This document shows positions 36,450 through 49,535 of a stretch of 64,000 nt of DNA, piece after piece. The notes beneath the pieces were generated by a model that did not search any database, was not told the DNA's origin, and saw only the letters and a list, made by a program, of their open reading frames with translations. Origin of the DNA: Pristiophorus japonicus (Eukaryota); assembly GCF_044704955.1 (NCBI RefSeq), contig NC_091987.1:107942001-108006000 (forward strand). Direction: 5' to 3'. Numbering within the stretch: the stretch's first letter is position 1; each line of letters starts with the position of its first letter. A program made the position numbers and the translations under genes.

Positions 36450-36895
36450 CTTTAAAACACTAGTTCAGCCCCAACTGGAGTATTGTGTCCAATTCTGGGC
36501 ACTGCACTTGAGGAAGGACGTGAAGGCTTTGCCGAGGGCTCAGAAGAGATTTACTAGAATGGTTCCAGCGATGAGGGATTACAGTTATGTGGTTAGACTG
36601 AGGAAGCTGGGGTTGTTCTCCTTGGAGCAGGGAAGGGTATGAGGAGATTTGATAGAGGTGTTTAAAATCATGAAGAGTTTAGATAGAGTTAATAAAGGGA
36701 AACTGTTTCCAATGGCTGAAGGATCGATATCGAGAGGGCACAGGTTTAAGGTGATTAGCAAAAGAAGCAGAGGCGACATGAGGAAAATCTTTTTTACACA
36801 ACAAGTGGTTAGGATTTGGAATGCACTGCCTGATAGGGCAGTGGATACAGAATCAATAGTAGTCTTCAAAAGGGAATTGGATAAATACTTAGAGG
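36450..36895 (+). mobile_element. CR1 ORF2 C-terminal fragment
   Basis: LEYCVQFW...IEVFKIM...SRGHRFK. Confidence 0.85.
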
Positions 36896-36899
36896 ACAA

Positions 36900-39800
36900 A
36901 AAGCCACCGATCTGCTCAACCACACCCTCACCACCACCTGTGATGCCCTAGTCCCTATTAAAACCATTATCTCTCTCACCCTGGCTATTCCCCCTGGTAC
37001 AGGCCTCATCTTTGCTCCCTCAAGTCCAAGGGGCGCAGGCTTGAACTGGTGAGGCGGACAATTAGTTGAGCCATTCACCGCCAGATCTGACTGGACCACA
37101 TAAAGCATTATCGTGTCCTACTCTTAATTGTCTGCAAAAACTGCTCACTTTTCCAGGATCATTCTGGAATGCAAAGATAACCCCTAGCTACTATTCTCTA
37201 CTGCTAACTGTCTCCTTAATAGCCCTCTCCACCACACTCGCCTCCAACAACAAGTGTGAGGAGCTCATGGACTCCTTTGTCTCAATGACTGAGACCATCC
37301 GATCAGCTGCCTCTGCAAGTTCCCTTCCTTCCCCTAATCCACAGGGCCAAACTTCCTCTGAGGTTCCCTCCTGCCCGAGCCCGAAACTCACATTGCTCTC
37401 CAGTTTCTCTCTGATCTCCCCTCTTGACCTCTCCACGCTCATCTTGTCCATGAGGCACATTTCCTGCTCCCTTGACCCTATTCCCACTAAACTGCTGACC
37501 ACCCAACTTCCTTTTCTGGCTCCCATGTTAGCTGACATTGTTAACGGTTCTCTCTCCTCAGGTACTGTCCCCCTCTCCCTCAAATCTACCAACATCACCC
37601 CTTTCAAAAAACCAACCCTTGACCCCACTGTGCTTGCTAGCTACCGCCACATCTCCAACCTCCCTTTCCTTTCCAAAGTCTAGCTTTCTCAGAAATCCGT
37701 ATTTGAATCCCTTCAATCTGGTTCCCGCCCCTGCCACAGTACTGAAACAGCTCTCATCAAAGTCACAAATGACTGTGACAAAGGTAAACTATCCCTCCTC
37801 TTCCTTCTTGACTTGTCGACAGCCTTTGACACAGTTGACCACTCCATCCTTCTCCAATGCCTCCCAACCATCATCCAGCTGGGTGGAACTGCACTTGCCT
37901 AGTTCCATTCTTATATATCTAATCGTAGCCAGAAAATCTCTGGCAATGGCTTCTCTTCCCACTCCTGCCTCTGGTGTTCCCCAAGGATCTATCCTTGGTC
38001 CCCTCCTATTTCTTATCTACATATTGCCCCTTGGCGATGTCATCCAAAAACACGGCATCAGTTTCCATATGTATGCTGATGACCCCCAGCTCTACCTCTC
38101 CACCACTTCTCTTGACCCCTCCATGGTCTCTAAATTGTCAGACTGCTTGTCAGACATCCAGTACTGGATGAGCAGAACATTTCTCCAATTAAATATTGGA
38201 AAGACCGAAGCCATTGTCTTTGGTCCCTGCCACAAACTGCATTCCCTAGCCACTGACTCCATCTTGGAAGAAGGGACTGAGTGTAACGTAGCTAAGTTTG
38301 CTGACGATACAAAGATGGAAGGAAAAGCAATGCGTGAGGAGGACGCAAAAAAATCTGCAAAAGGACATAGACAGGCTAAGTGAATGGGCAAAAATTTGGC
38401 AGATGGAGTATAATGTTGGAAAGTGTGAGGTCATGCACTTTTCTAGAAAAAATCAAAGAGCAAGTTATTATTTAAACAGAGAAAGATTGCAAAGTGTTGC
38501 AGTACAGCAGGACCTGGGGATACTTGTGCATGAAACACAAAAGGATAGTAGGCAGTTACAGCAAGTGATCAGGAAGGCCAATGGAATCTTGGCCTTTATT
38601 GCAAAGGGGAAGGAGTATAAAAGCAGGGAAGTCTTGCTACAGTTATACAGGGTATTGGTGAGACTACATCTGGAGTACTGCGTGCAGTTTTGGTTTCCAT
38701 ATTTACGAAAGGATATACTTGCTTTGGAGGCAATTAAGAAAAATTTGCTGACTATACAAAGATGGGAGGACAAACAATGTGTGAGGAGGACTCAAAAAAT
38801 CTGCAAAAGGATATAGACAGGTTAAGTGAGTGGGTAAAAGTTTGGCAGATGGAGTATAATGTTGGAAAGTGTGAGGTCATGCACTTTGCAGAAAAAAATC
38901 AAAGAGCAAAGTACTATTTAAATGGAGAAAGATTGCAAAGTGCTGCAGTTCAGAGAAGGTTCACGAGGTTGATTCCGGGGATGAAGGGGTTGACTTATGA
39001 GGAAAGGATGAGTAGGTTGCGCCTCTACTCATTGGAATTCAGAAGAATGAGAGGTGATCTTATCGAAATGTATAAGATTATGAGGGAGCCTGACAAGGTG
39101 GATGCAGAGAGGATGTTTCCACTGATGGGGGAGACTATAACTAGAGGGCATAATCTTAGAATAAGGGGCCGCCCATTTAAAACTGAGATGAGGAGAAATT
39201 TCTTCTCTCAGAGGGTTGTAAATCTGTGGAATTTGCTGCCTCAGAGAGCTGTGGAAGCTGGGACATTGAATAAATTTAAGACAAAAATAGACCGTTTCTT
39301 AAACGATAAGGGGATAAGGGGTTATGGGGAGCGGGCAGGGAAGTGGAGCTGAATCCATGATCGGATCAGCCATGATCGTATTGAATGGCAGAGCAGGCTC
39401 GAGAGGCCATATGGCCTACTCCTGCTCCTATTTCTTATGTTCTTATGTTCTTAACCCTCACCCGAGCATCTGTCTGAGGCTAAACCAGACTGTTCACAAC
39501 AAGGTATCATATTTGACCCTGAAATGAGCTTCCAGCCACATATCCGCAGCATAACTAAGACCGCCTATTTCCATCTCAGTAACATTGCCCGTCTCCGCAC
39601 TTGCCTCAGCTCTTCTGCTGCTGAAACCCTCATTCATGCCTTTGTTACCTCTAAACTTGACTACTCCAACGCACTCCTGGCTGGCCTCCCACATTCTACC
39701 CTATGTAAACTTGAGTTCATCCAAAACTCAGCAACCCGTGTCCTAACTCGCACCAAGTCCCATTCACCCATCACCCCTGTGCTCGCTGACCTACATTGGC

Positions 39801-40182
39801 TCCCGATTAAGCAACGCCTCAATTTCAAAATTCACATCCTTATTTACAAATCCCTCCCTATCTCTGTAATCTCCTCCAGCCTCACAAGCCCCCAGAGATA
39901 TCTACGCTCCTCAAATTCAGCCCTCTTGAGCATCCCCAATTATAATCGCTCAACCATCGGTGGCCATGCTGCCTGGACCCTAAGCTCTGGAACTCCCTCC
40001 CTAAACCTCTCAGCCTCTCTACCTCTCTCTCTTCCTTTAAGACGCTCCTTAAAATCTACCTCTTTGACCAAGCGTTTCTTCTTATGTGGCTCGGTGTCAA
40101 ATGTTGTTTTTGTCTCCTGTGAAGCACCTTCGGACATTTTACTACGTTAAAGGCACTATATAAATATAAGTTGTTGTTGTTG
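36900..40182 (+). mobile_element. Long L2 fragment (36900-38263 and 39455-40182) split by a CR1
   Basis: SCSLDPIPT, ISNLPFLSKV, GVPQGSILGPLLF, YADD and HAFVTSKLDY motifs; (TTG)n tail. Confidence 0.92.
38264..39452 (+). mobile_element. CR1 3' part with an internal duplication
   Basis: KFADDTK...WQMEYNVGKCEVMHF occurs twice; (TTCTTATG)n tail. Confidence 0.9.
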
Positions 40183-41800
40183 ATATGGGGAAAGGGGTAC
40201 TGAGGTGAATGATCAGCCATGATCTTATTAAATGGTGGTGCAGGCGCGAAGGGCTGAATGGCCTACTCCTGCACCTATTTTCTATGTTTCTATGTTTCTG
40301 TAAGCCATCCATACTCCAAAGTGCATCCATTGCTGCAGTGCCTGGGACTGCCAGCTCTCTGGCTAATTACGGATAGCTTTGTGCTGTTCCCACTTGGCCG
40401 AAACTCCGTTTACTTTGTACTTTTCCAGCTCGTAGACAGACGAGACTTTCACCTCATTAGTCTGGGCTGGATCTTGGAGATGAGAGGACAGTGTCAGAGT
40501 GCACGGCACCATTCAAAGTCACCGGATGGGGCAAAATTAGGATACTTCAGTGAACCTCTTTGCTATACTTCCATAGCAATACCTGCAGGAAGCAATGAAC
40601 AAAGTGCTGCCTTGTAGTGTTGCCACAGCAACAGAGAAGGCAAACCAACATTTGCAGTTAGGTAACCATACCCCTTTGAGTGACACAGCCAAGACTGACC
40701 ACAGTTCTGCTCAACAAATGTCACTCAGCCTCGTTGCCACAATATGATCATTACTCCATCTGTCGAAGTGCAATTATTTTCTTTCTAAATATATCTTTGA
40801 TGGGGTAGAGTTTCCGCTTTGGGCGTAATCAGCGATTCCGGTGCAAATTGTGTCCAAAATTGCCCCCGTTTTGAAACGTGTCCCCCCACCTCCCCTCCAT
40901 TGAGTTCCTGCTCAAACTTATTTGCATTTTGTCATGAACCAGCGCAAATGGCAGCATTTTAACTGCAGAGTGACTATTTGTACTAACGCTTTTCTCTTCC
41001 TACCTTCTGCGCCTGCGTCCTCCGGACCCTGCCCCCGACGCCTCCCGCCCGGAACCCAAACCGGAAGTAGGGCCATGTTGTTCTTCAATTGCCCACGTTA
41101 TCCGACCGCGCCGCAAGTCGCTGAGCCTCCCGCTGAGCCTCCCATCTGGGCAGGGAGAGAGCGGCGGCAGGGAGAGAGAGGCGGCGGGAGAGAGGGAGAG
41201 AGGGGCGGCAGGGGAGAGAGGGGCGGCGGGGGAGAGAGGGGCGGCAGGGGAGAGAGGGAGAGAGGGGCGGCAGGGGAGAGAGGGAGAGAGGGGCGGCAGG
41301 GGAGAGAGGGAGAGAGGGGCGGCGGGGGAGAGAAAGACGGCAGGGGAGAGAGGGAGAGAGGGGCGGCGGGGGAGAGGGGGCGGCGGGCAGGGGAGAGAGA
41401 GAGGGGTGGTGGGGAGAGAGAGGGGCGACGGGCGGCGGGGAGAGAGAGAGAGGTGGCGGAGAGAGAGAGAGTCAGCGGGGGAGAGAGAGGGAGAGAGGGG
41501 CGGTGGGGAGAGAGGGAGGCGGCGGGGGAGAGAGAGAGAGAGACGGGCGGTGGGGAGAGAGAGAGGCGGGGGGGAGAGAGACGGTGGGGAGAGAGCGGTG
41601 TGGGGGGGGGAGAGAGAGAGGCTGTGGGGAGAGAGAGAGGTGGCGGAGAGACAGAGAGACAGCGGGAGAGAGAGGGGCGGGGGGGAGAGAGGGACGGCGG
41701 GGAGAGCGGTGTGGGGGGGGGAGAGAGAGAGGCTGTGGGGAGAGAGAGAGGTGGGGGATGGGGAGAGAGAGAGGTGGAGGTAGAGAGGGGCAGCGGGGAG

Positions 41801-44800
41801 TGTAGGGGAGGACGAAAACCCCCTCATTTTACCCAGAAGGAAAAGAGCTGTGGGATCTGTCTGTGCTGCAATGTAAAATTGAAACCGAGACGGTCCGACC
41901 TTGGCAGAGCAGTGATTGGACGGGGGAGGACAGAGTCAGCCCGAAGCATGGGGCTTTCAAGCCAAAGGGAGAGCACTTGCTCGAAAACTGTGGGACTGAC
42001 TCATTGCCATTATCGGGCTATTGTCTTCCCCATGTTTACACTATGGAAGGAAATTATGCAGACCTTCAGAAAACTAGGGAACCCAAAACAATCCAAGGGC
42101 CTACACAATAGCTACAGGAGGCCAACCCAATCAACACCTACTCAAACCTTGAGTAGGTTAACATCAGTGGAAAAAACCCGCAATAATCTAAAACTGCTGC
42201 ATTTTTCAAAATCATAAAGCCCACCAATGGGAAGGATCGATTTCAGCAGGAGAGGTGGACTGGATAATCTGGCTATAAAAAGAGGTTTCTGATGCAGTGT
42301 GTGTGGTTCCCTGCTCTCATGATCCAACAACCAGCAAGCCTCTCGACACTGAAGGAAAACCAGTGTCCGAAGACACCGAAGATCGAAGAAACAAACCACC
42401 AGATTGCAGAAGGCACAGTAGTGAGTATAACCTCTGGTCCCCGGAACTCCCAACTCAGTTAGGCCAGGAAAGGTGGGAGGTTGGGCATTGTACTGCTAAA
42501 CTGGTGTGAAGATTTTCGTTGTGTCCGTTTAGTGGGATTTAGGGGGATTGTTTTATTGGTGTATTGTTGTTTGTTGAGATACACCTTGTTAAATAAATTG
42601 GAAGCCGAAGTTCCTCTTGGAATCACCTTGTCTCAGTTCTTAAAGAAGGCTAACTTTGAAGGTATGAGGCGTGAATTGGCTGAGATGGATTGGCGAATGA
42701 TACTTAAGGGGTTGACTGTGGATGGGCAATGGCAGACATTTAGAGACCGCATGGATGAACTACAACAATTGTACATTCCTGTCTGGCATAGAAATAAAAA
42801 AGGGAAGGTGGCTCAACCGTGGCTATCAAGGGAAATCAGGGATAGTATTAAAGCCAAGGAAGTGGCATACAAATTGGCCAGAAATAGCAGCGAACCTGGG
42901 GACTGGGAGAAATTTAGAACTCAGCAGAGGAGGACAAAGGGTTTGATTAGGGCAGGGAAAATGGAGTATGAGAAGAAGCTTGCAGGGAACATTAAGACGG
43001 ATTGCAAAAGTTTCTATAGATATGTAAAGAGAAAAAGGTTAGTAAAGACAAATGTAGGTCCCCTGCAGTCAGAATCAGGGGAAGTCATAACGGGGAACAA
43101 AGAAATGGCGGACCAATTGAACAAGTACTTTGGTTCGGTATTCACGAAGGAGGACACGAACAACCTTCCGGTTATAAAAGGGGTCGGGGGGTCTAGTAAG
43201 GAGGAGGAACTGAGGGAAATCCTTATTAGCCGGGAAATTGTGTTGGGGAAATTGATGGGATTGAAGGCCGATAAATCCCCAGGGCCTGATGGACTGCATC
43301 CCAGAGTACTTAAGGAGGTGGCCTTGGAAATAGTGGATGCGTTGACAGTCATTTTCCAACATTCCATTGACTCTGGATCAGTTCCTATGGAGTGGAGGGT
43401 AGCCAATGTAACCCCACTTTTTAAAAAAGGAGGGAGAGAGAAAACAGGGAATTATAGACCGGTCAGCCTGACATCGGTAGTGGGTAAAATGATGGAATCA
43501 ATTATTAAGGATGTCATAGCAGTGCATTTGGAAAGAGGTGACATGATAGGTCCAAGTCAGCATGGATTTGTGAAAGGGATATCATGCTTGACAAATCTTC
43601 TGGAATTTTTTGAGGATGTTTCCAGTAGAGTGGATAAGGGAGAACCAGTTGATGTGGTATATTTGGACTTTCAGAAGGCGTTCGACAAGGTCCCACACAA
43701 GAGATTGATGTGCAAAGTTAGAGCACATGGGATTGGGGGTAGTGTACTGACATGGATTGAGAACTGGTTGTCAGACAAGAAGCAAAGAGTAGGAGTAAAT
43801 GGGTACTTTTCAGAATGGCAGGCAGTGACTAGTGGGGTACCGCAAGGTTCTGTGCTGGGGCCCCAGCTGTTTACACTGTACATTAATGATTTAGATGAGG
43901 GGATTAAATGTAGTATCTCCAAATTTGCGGATGACACTAAGTTGGGTGGCAGTGTGAGCTGCGAGGAGGATGCTGTGAGGCTGCAGAGCGACTTGGATAG
44001 GTTAGGTGAGTGGGCAAATGCATGGCAGATGAAGTATAATGTGGATAAATGTGAGGTTATCCACTTTGGTGGTAAAAACAGAGAGACAGACTATTATCTG
44101 AATGGTGACAGATTAGGAAAAGGGGAGGTGCAAAGAGACCTGGGTGTCATGGTACATCAGTCATTGAAGGTTGGCATGCAGGTGCAGCAGGCGGTTAAGA
44201 AAGCAAATGGCATGTTGGCCTTCATAGCAAGGGGATTTGAGTACAGGGGCAGGGAGGTGTTGCTACAGTTGTACAGGGCATTGGTGAGGCCACACCTGGA
44301 GTATTGTGTACAGTTTTGGTCTCCTAACCTGAGGAAGGACATTCTTGCTATTGAGGGAGTGCAGCGAAGGTTCACCAGACTGATTCCCGGGATGGCGGGA
44401 CTGACCTATCAAGAAAGACTGGATCAACTGGGCTTGTATTCACTGGAGTTCAGAAGAATGAGAGGGGACCTCATAGAAACATATAAAATTCTGACGGGGT
44501 TAGACAGGTTAGATGCAGGAAGAATGTTCCCAATGTTGGGGAAGTCCAGAACCAGGGGTCACAGTCTAAGGATAAGGGGTAAGCCATTTAGGACCGAGAT
44601 GCGGAGGAACTTCTTCACCCAGAGAGTGGTGAACCTGTGGAATTCTCTACCACAGAAAGTTGTTGAGGCCAATTCACTAAATATATTCAAAAAGGAGTTA
44701 GATGAGGTCCTTACTGCTAGGGGGATCAAGGGGTATGGCGAGAAAGCAGGAATGGGGTACTGAAGTTGAATGTTCAGCCATGAACTCATTGAATGGCGGT

Positions 44801-45191
44801 GCAGGCTAGAAGGGCCGAATGGCCTACTCCTGCACCTATTTTCTATGTTTCTATGTTTCTATGTTTCTATTGTATTGCATCTCCTGATCGTGAGTCTTAT
44901 GTCAGAAGAGTGTAAGGGAAGCTAGGAGAGCCTCGAAAATGCTCAACTGTGTGTCACAGGCTAGGGAAGAAGGGGTTAGGAGTGTTTGACACTCACAGGT
45001 GCCTCACAGGCTAGGCATAAGCTGTGGGGATACACGAGTCTCAAAACCCTCTTCATAAGCTGTGGACACAGTCTCTCCAGGGGTCCTCTTGCAGCACTCA
45101 GGGTACCTCACAGGCCAGACATAAGCTGTGAGGGCAGAAGCCCAGAGAGAGACATCCAAGGCACAACAACACTCCCCGAGAACCCCTTACA
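41801..45191 (+). mobile_element. Solo LTR of about 1.15 kb (41801-about 42638 and 44871-45191) with a nested CR1
   Basis: TGTAGGGG...CCCCTTACA termini; GGAG TSD at 41797-41800 and 45192-45195; TATAAAA at 42274; AATAAA at 42592. Confidence 0.8.
42639..44870 (+). mobile_element. Young 5'-truncated CR1 with an uninterrupted ORF2 segment (about 700 codons)
   Basis: The CR1 portion of ORF 42481-44763 has no stops; full RT domain; (ATGTTTCT)n tail; lacks APE. Confidence 0.96.
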
Positions 45192-46964
45192 GGAGAGAGA
45201 GTTGGCGGGGGGAGAGTGGTGGCGGAGGAGAGAGCGGCGGGGGGGGCAGGGGGTGGGGGGAGAGAGGCTGGGAGGGAGAGAGAGAGGGGCAGCGGGGGAG
45301 AGAGCAGCGGGGGGGGCAGGGGGTGGGGGGAGAGAGGCTGGGAGAGAGAGAGGCTGTGGGGAGAGAGAGAGGGGCAGCGGGGGAGAGAGCAGCGGGCGGG
45401 ACAGGGGGTGGGGGGAGAGAGGCTGGGAGAGAGAGAGGCTGTGGGGAGAGAGAGAAGGGCAGCGGGGGAGAGAGCAGCGGGGGTGGGGTAGGGGGTGGGG
45501 GGAGAGAGGCTGGGAGAGAGAGAGGCTGTGGGGAGAGAGAGAGGGGCGGTGGGAGAGAGAGGTGGGGGAGAGAGGAGCGACGGGGAGAGAGAGGTGGGGA
45601 GAGAGAGAAGCGTTGGGGAGAGAGAGAAGCATCGGGGAGAGAGAGAGGCGCGGGCGGAGAGAGGGGCGGGAGGGGAGAGACGGGCGGCGGGGGAGAGAGA
45701 GGCGGCATGGAGAGAGAGAGGTGGGGGGGAGAGAGAGAAGCGGGGCCAGAGAGAGGGGCGGAGGGGGAGAGAGGGGTGGCGGGGAGAGAGAAACGGGGGG
45801 GAGAGAGGGGCGACAGGGAGGATAGAGGGGCGGCGGGCGGTGTGGAGAGAGAGAGGCGGGAGGGGAGAGAGGGGCGGAGAGGGAGAGAGGGGCGGAAAGG
45901 GAGAGAGGGGCGGAGAGGGAGAGAGGGGTGACGGGCGGCGGGGAAAGAGGCGGGGGGATGAGAAAGACACGGGGGGAGATAGACACGAGGGGGGGGAGAC
46001 ACGCAGGGGGGAGAGCAACACGGAGGAGGCAGTGGGGAAGAGAAACACATGGAGGGGGAAGAGAATGACACGGCGGGAGGAGGGGAAATAGGGAACTCGG
46101 GGAAGACGGATCATGTTTCTCGGAAAGCTCAGTGCGGCTCGGTGCGTCAGAGACATTGTTGGAGTGGATGAAATCCAGAAGTAACAACGCTGTCACTATT
46201 CACTTCATACCCAATAAACCTGTTAACAATCTGTGACCCACATAATGCCCCATCTATGGCGGGGGGGGGGCGGAGGCGGGGGCGTAAGGTCATGCATTTG
46301 TGCTGGGGTAAGGGACTTCAGCTGGAACTTGGTGGCTTTTGCTGGTTGTTTGAGATCTGTCCTCTCTGGCTTCTGAAGTCAGAATGGATCAAATTACAAT
46401 TTGCAAAATCAGTCAGAACTTGGGCTGGGTGGTTCCAGTTACACATTCCTGAGAAACTTCAGGGTGTGGCTTATGCTCGAAGGGGACCAATCAGCAATAG
46501 GTCATGTGATATTGGAAAGCCAATCAGAGACGCGGTGGACATTTTATTAGTACAAATAGATGCATCTTTTTAAATGTGATTTTTATTAAAAAAAATATTT
46601 TGCTTCAAAAAAATATTCTGTGGTATATTTAAGAGTGGTAACTTGGTGCAGTTTGATTAATACAACTTAAAATGATTTGATGACAAAAACGAAGCATTTT
46701 AAATCACAGTGTAATGGGAATGTTTATTTTGCGAATGCGAGCCAGGGGAAAAGGCACGGTGGCCTGTGTTGCTGGGTCTCAGCCCTCTGTGCATTGCACA
46801 TGTACCTCTGGGGATTCCCTTTGAGAGAGTGGAACATATAACAGGCACAAGCATTGAAATCTTATGGAAACAAGGTTGAATTGACGTCACAATACTTTCC
46901 ACTTCATATTCCTCGCTCTCTGTTTGCCAAAGGATCATGAGATATGAGATGTAGAGGCAACAAG

Positions 46965-47385
46965 TACATCGTCCTCATGCCCGACAAGAGACACCCAAAG
47001 CAAGCGCTCTACTCGGAACTACTACACGGAAGGCGATCCCCAGGTGGGCAGAGGAAACATTTCAAGGGCACCCTCAAAGCCTCCTTGATAAAGTGCAACA
47101 TTCCCATCGGCACCTGGGCAAAGACCGCCCTAAGTGGAGGAAGAGCATCCGGAAGAGCGCTGAGCACCTCGAGTCTCGTCGCCGAGAGCATACAGAAAAC
47201 AAGCGCAGGCAACGGAAGGAGCGTGCAACAAACCAGACTCCCCACCCACCCTTTCCTTCAACCACTGTCTATCCCACCTGCGACAGAGACTGTAATTCCC
47301 GTATTGAACTCTTCAGTCACCTGAAAACTCACTTTTAGAGTGGAAGCAAGTCTTCCTCGATTTCGGGAGACTGCCTACGATGATG
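46965..47385 (+). mobile_element. RTE 3' end
   Basis: MPDKRHPKQALYSEL and the zinc-finger tail. Confidence 0.9.
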
Positions 47386-47889
47386 GAAGGCCAAAAGGTT
47401 AAGTGTCCTCTTTTTTTTTTCCGGGCAAGCAGAAAGGTTATCAAGCCTTCAGGCTGCTGGTGGAGAAGAGCAGACGTCCCCTCGCTACCCCCCCACCCCG
47501 CCACTGCCAAAGCCAGCACCCATTACCACACTGCTGCAGCCTTTCTCCAGCTATGGTTCATTTTGTTCCCTGTCTTCCAGGTGCAATGTACTGTCAAGGT
47601 GTTGGGACTGCACCATGGGCCTATTAAAATGATCTGACTCAGAAAGAACAGATTGTTTCTGCTGAGGTTCTGATCACTCTGGGTGCACTCAGTTTGATCT
47701 GCAGCTAGACAGAGTGCAGGAAGGAAGTCAGCCCTATAGTTTCAGGAACCCCAATACAAACCAAAGCACATTGGGGGTTCCACAGAATTCAATATTTACC
47801 AGTAATTCGTCCAAACGTTATATAACTGATTTAGTAATCGTCTTTAGTTGGCTTTGCTCAGAGGTTCACGATCAGTACCCAATAAAACG

Positions 47890-48338
47890 AAAAGAAAGAC
47901 TTACATTTATAAACGCCTTTCACGATTACCAGATGTCGCAAAGCGCTTTACAGCCAATGAAGTACCTTTGGAGTGTGGTCACTATTATAATATAAGAAAC
48001 GCAGCAGCCAATTTGCGCACAGCAAGCTCGCACAAACAGCAATATGATAATGACTGGATAATCTGTTTTTTTTGTATGTTGATTGAGGGATAACTATTGG
48101 CCAAGACACCAGGGATAACTTCCCTGCTCTTCTTAGAAATAGTGTCTTGGGATCTTTTACATCCACCTGAGAGAGCAGACAGGGCTTTGATTTAATGTCT
48201 AATCTACAAGACAGCACCTCCTTCATCACTGGAGTGTCTGCCCAGATTTTTTTGTGCTCAAGTCCCTGGAGTGTGGCGTGAACCCAGAACCTTGTGACTT
48301 GGAGGTGAGAGTGCTACCCACTGAGCCACGGCTGACAC
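47890..48338 (-). mobile_element. Full-length tRNA-derived Deu-domain SINE (SacSINE1-like)
   Basis: Head GTGTCAGCCGTGGCTCAGTGGGTAGC (A box) and GGTTCAC (B box); Deu core; L2-like tail. Confidence 0.85.
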
Positions 48339-49069
48339 TAATGCAGACATGTATCCGCAGAATATCTATTCGATAATCCCATTAAACTCCATCTCCAATG
48401 GAGAATCAACAAAAGGAATATGACCTCTGCAACTTGGGGATAATGGGTATATTATCCAATTGATGGCTCAGAAGAAAATGGTGAGAGCATAATGGGATAC
48501 TGGCTTAAATTCCCTGAGAGATAGAGATAGCACTGATATACCCAACGATTTTTCTTGTCGTTTTTATTGCCGTTTCAAAGTTGTGCGCTGGATTTCACTT
48601 TCCTTTGTCACATTACCTAAGCCCCAATGATATGCGTTTTTTATGTTTGAATCTTCTCGCCGAGTGTCTTCAAGGCAAGGACTATTGCTAAGGCACAGTT
48701 CCATGTGGACAAGCAGGTCTTCAGTCTCGCATCCAAATGGCTTTTCTTCAATTGGCATGGCTTGCCAATGAGGAATGGCCATTGTGGAGGTCATGAGAGC
48801 TAAGGTTGAGCTCATTCACCCCCATCCCCCCAACCCTGTCCTCACACAGATATATACACTTTCCAAGAAAAGTCATCAGATAGTGACAGAAGCCTGGACA
48901 AGTCCTTCCCCCTCTAACCCAGGAGCAGTGAAGTCAATTGCAGTGTCCCTGGTTGTGGTCAACTCAATCAGCACAAGACACAGGAAAACCAGACATCTCT
49001 ATGTGAATGACTCAATTCTAGATTGGACAGTGCACTCACCAACTCAGCCATAAGGGCAAAGAAAGACAT

Positions 49070-49535
49070 GCATTCATAGAAAGACTTGCATTTATATAGA
49101 GCCTTTCATGACCTCAAGCTGTCCCAAAGTGCTTTGCAGCTAATTAAATACTTTTAGAGAGTAGTCACTGTCGTAATGTAGGAAATGCGGCAGCCAATTT
49201 GCACACAGCAAGCTTCCACAAACAGCAATGTGATAATGACCAGTTAATCATTTTTTTATTGATATTGGTTGAGGGATAAATATTGGCCAGGACACCGTAG
49301 AGAACTCCTCTGCTCTTCTTCTAATAGTGCCATGGGATCTTTGACTTGCACCTGAGAGAGAAGACGGCGCCTCGGTTTAACATTTAATCTGAAAGGTGAC
49401 TCCTCCGACTGTGCAGCACTCCGTCAGTATTGCACTGGGAGTGTCAGCCGAGCTGCTGTGCTCTGGTCTTTGGAGTGGGGCTTGAACCCACAACCTTCTG
49501 ACTTAGAGGCAAAAGTGTGACCAATGGAGTCACTA
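49070..49535 (-). mobile_element. tRNA-Deu SINE
   Basis: Same family; B box GGTTCAAGCC; core GTGCTGCACAGTCGGAGG...TTAAACCGAGG. Confidence 0.85.

Larger units (their letters stand above)
41150..46090 (+). repeat. Purine-rich (GA/GGC) low-complexity tract, split into 41150-41800 and 45192-46090
   Basis: Variations on GGGGAGAGAGAGGGGCGGC on both sides of the LTR. Confidence 0.92.

Noticed and set aside
40922-46196. Long GER-rich and PLS-rich ORFs of up to 431 aa
   Set aside because: Low-complexity purine tract that lacks stop codons.
46485-46530. Paired CCAAT boxes as a promoter
   Set aside because: No linked TSS or ORF evidence; motifs are too short.
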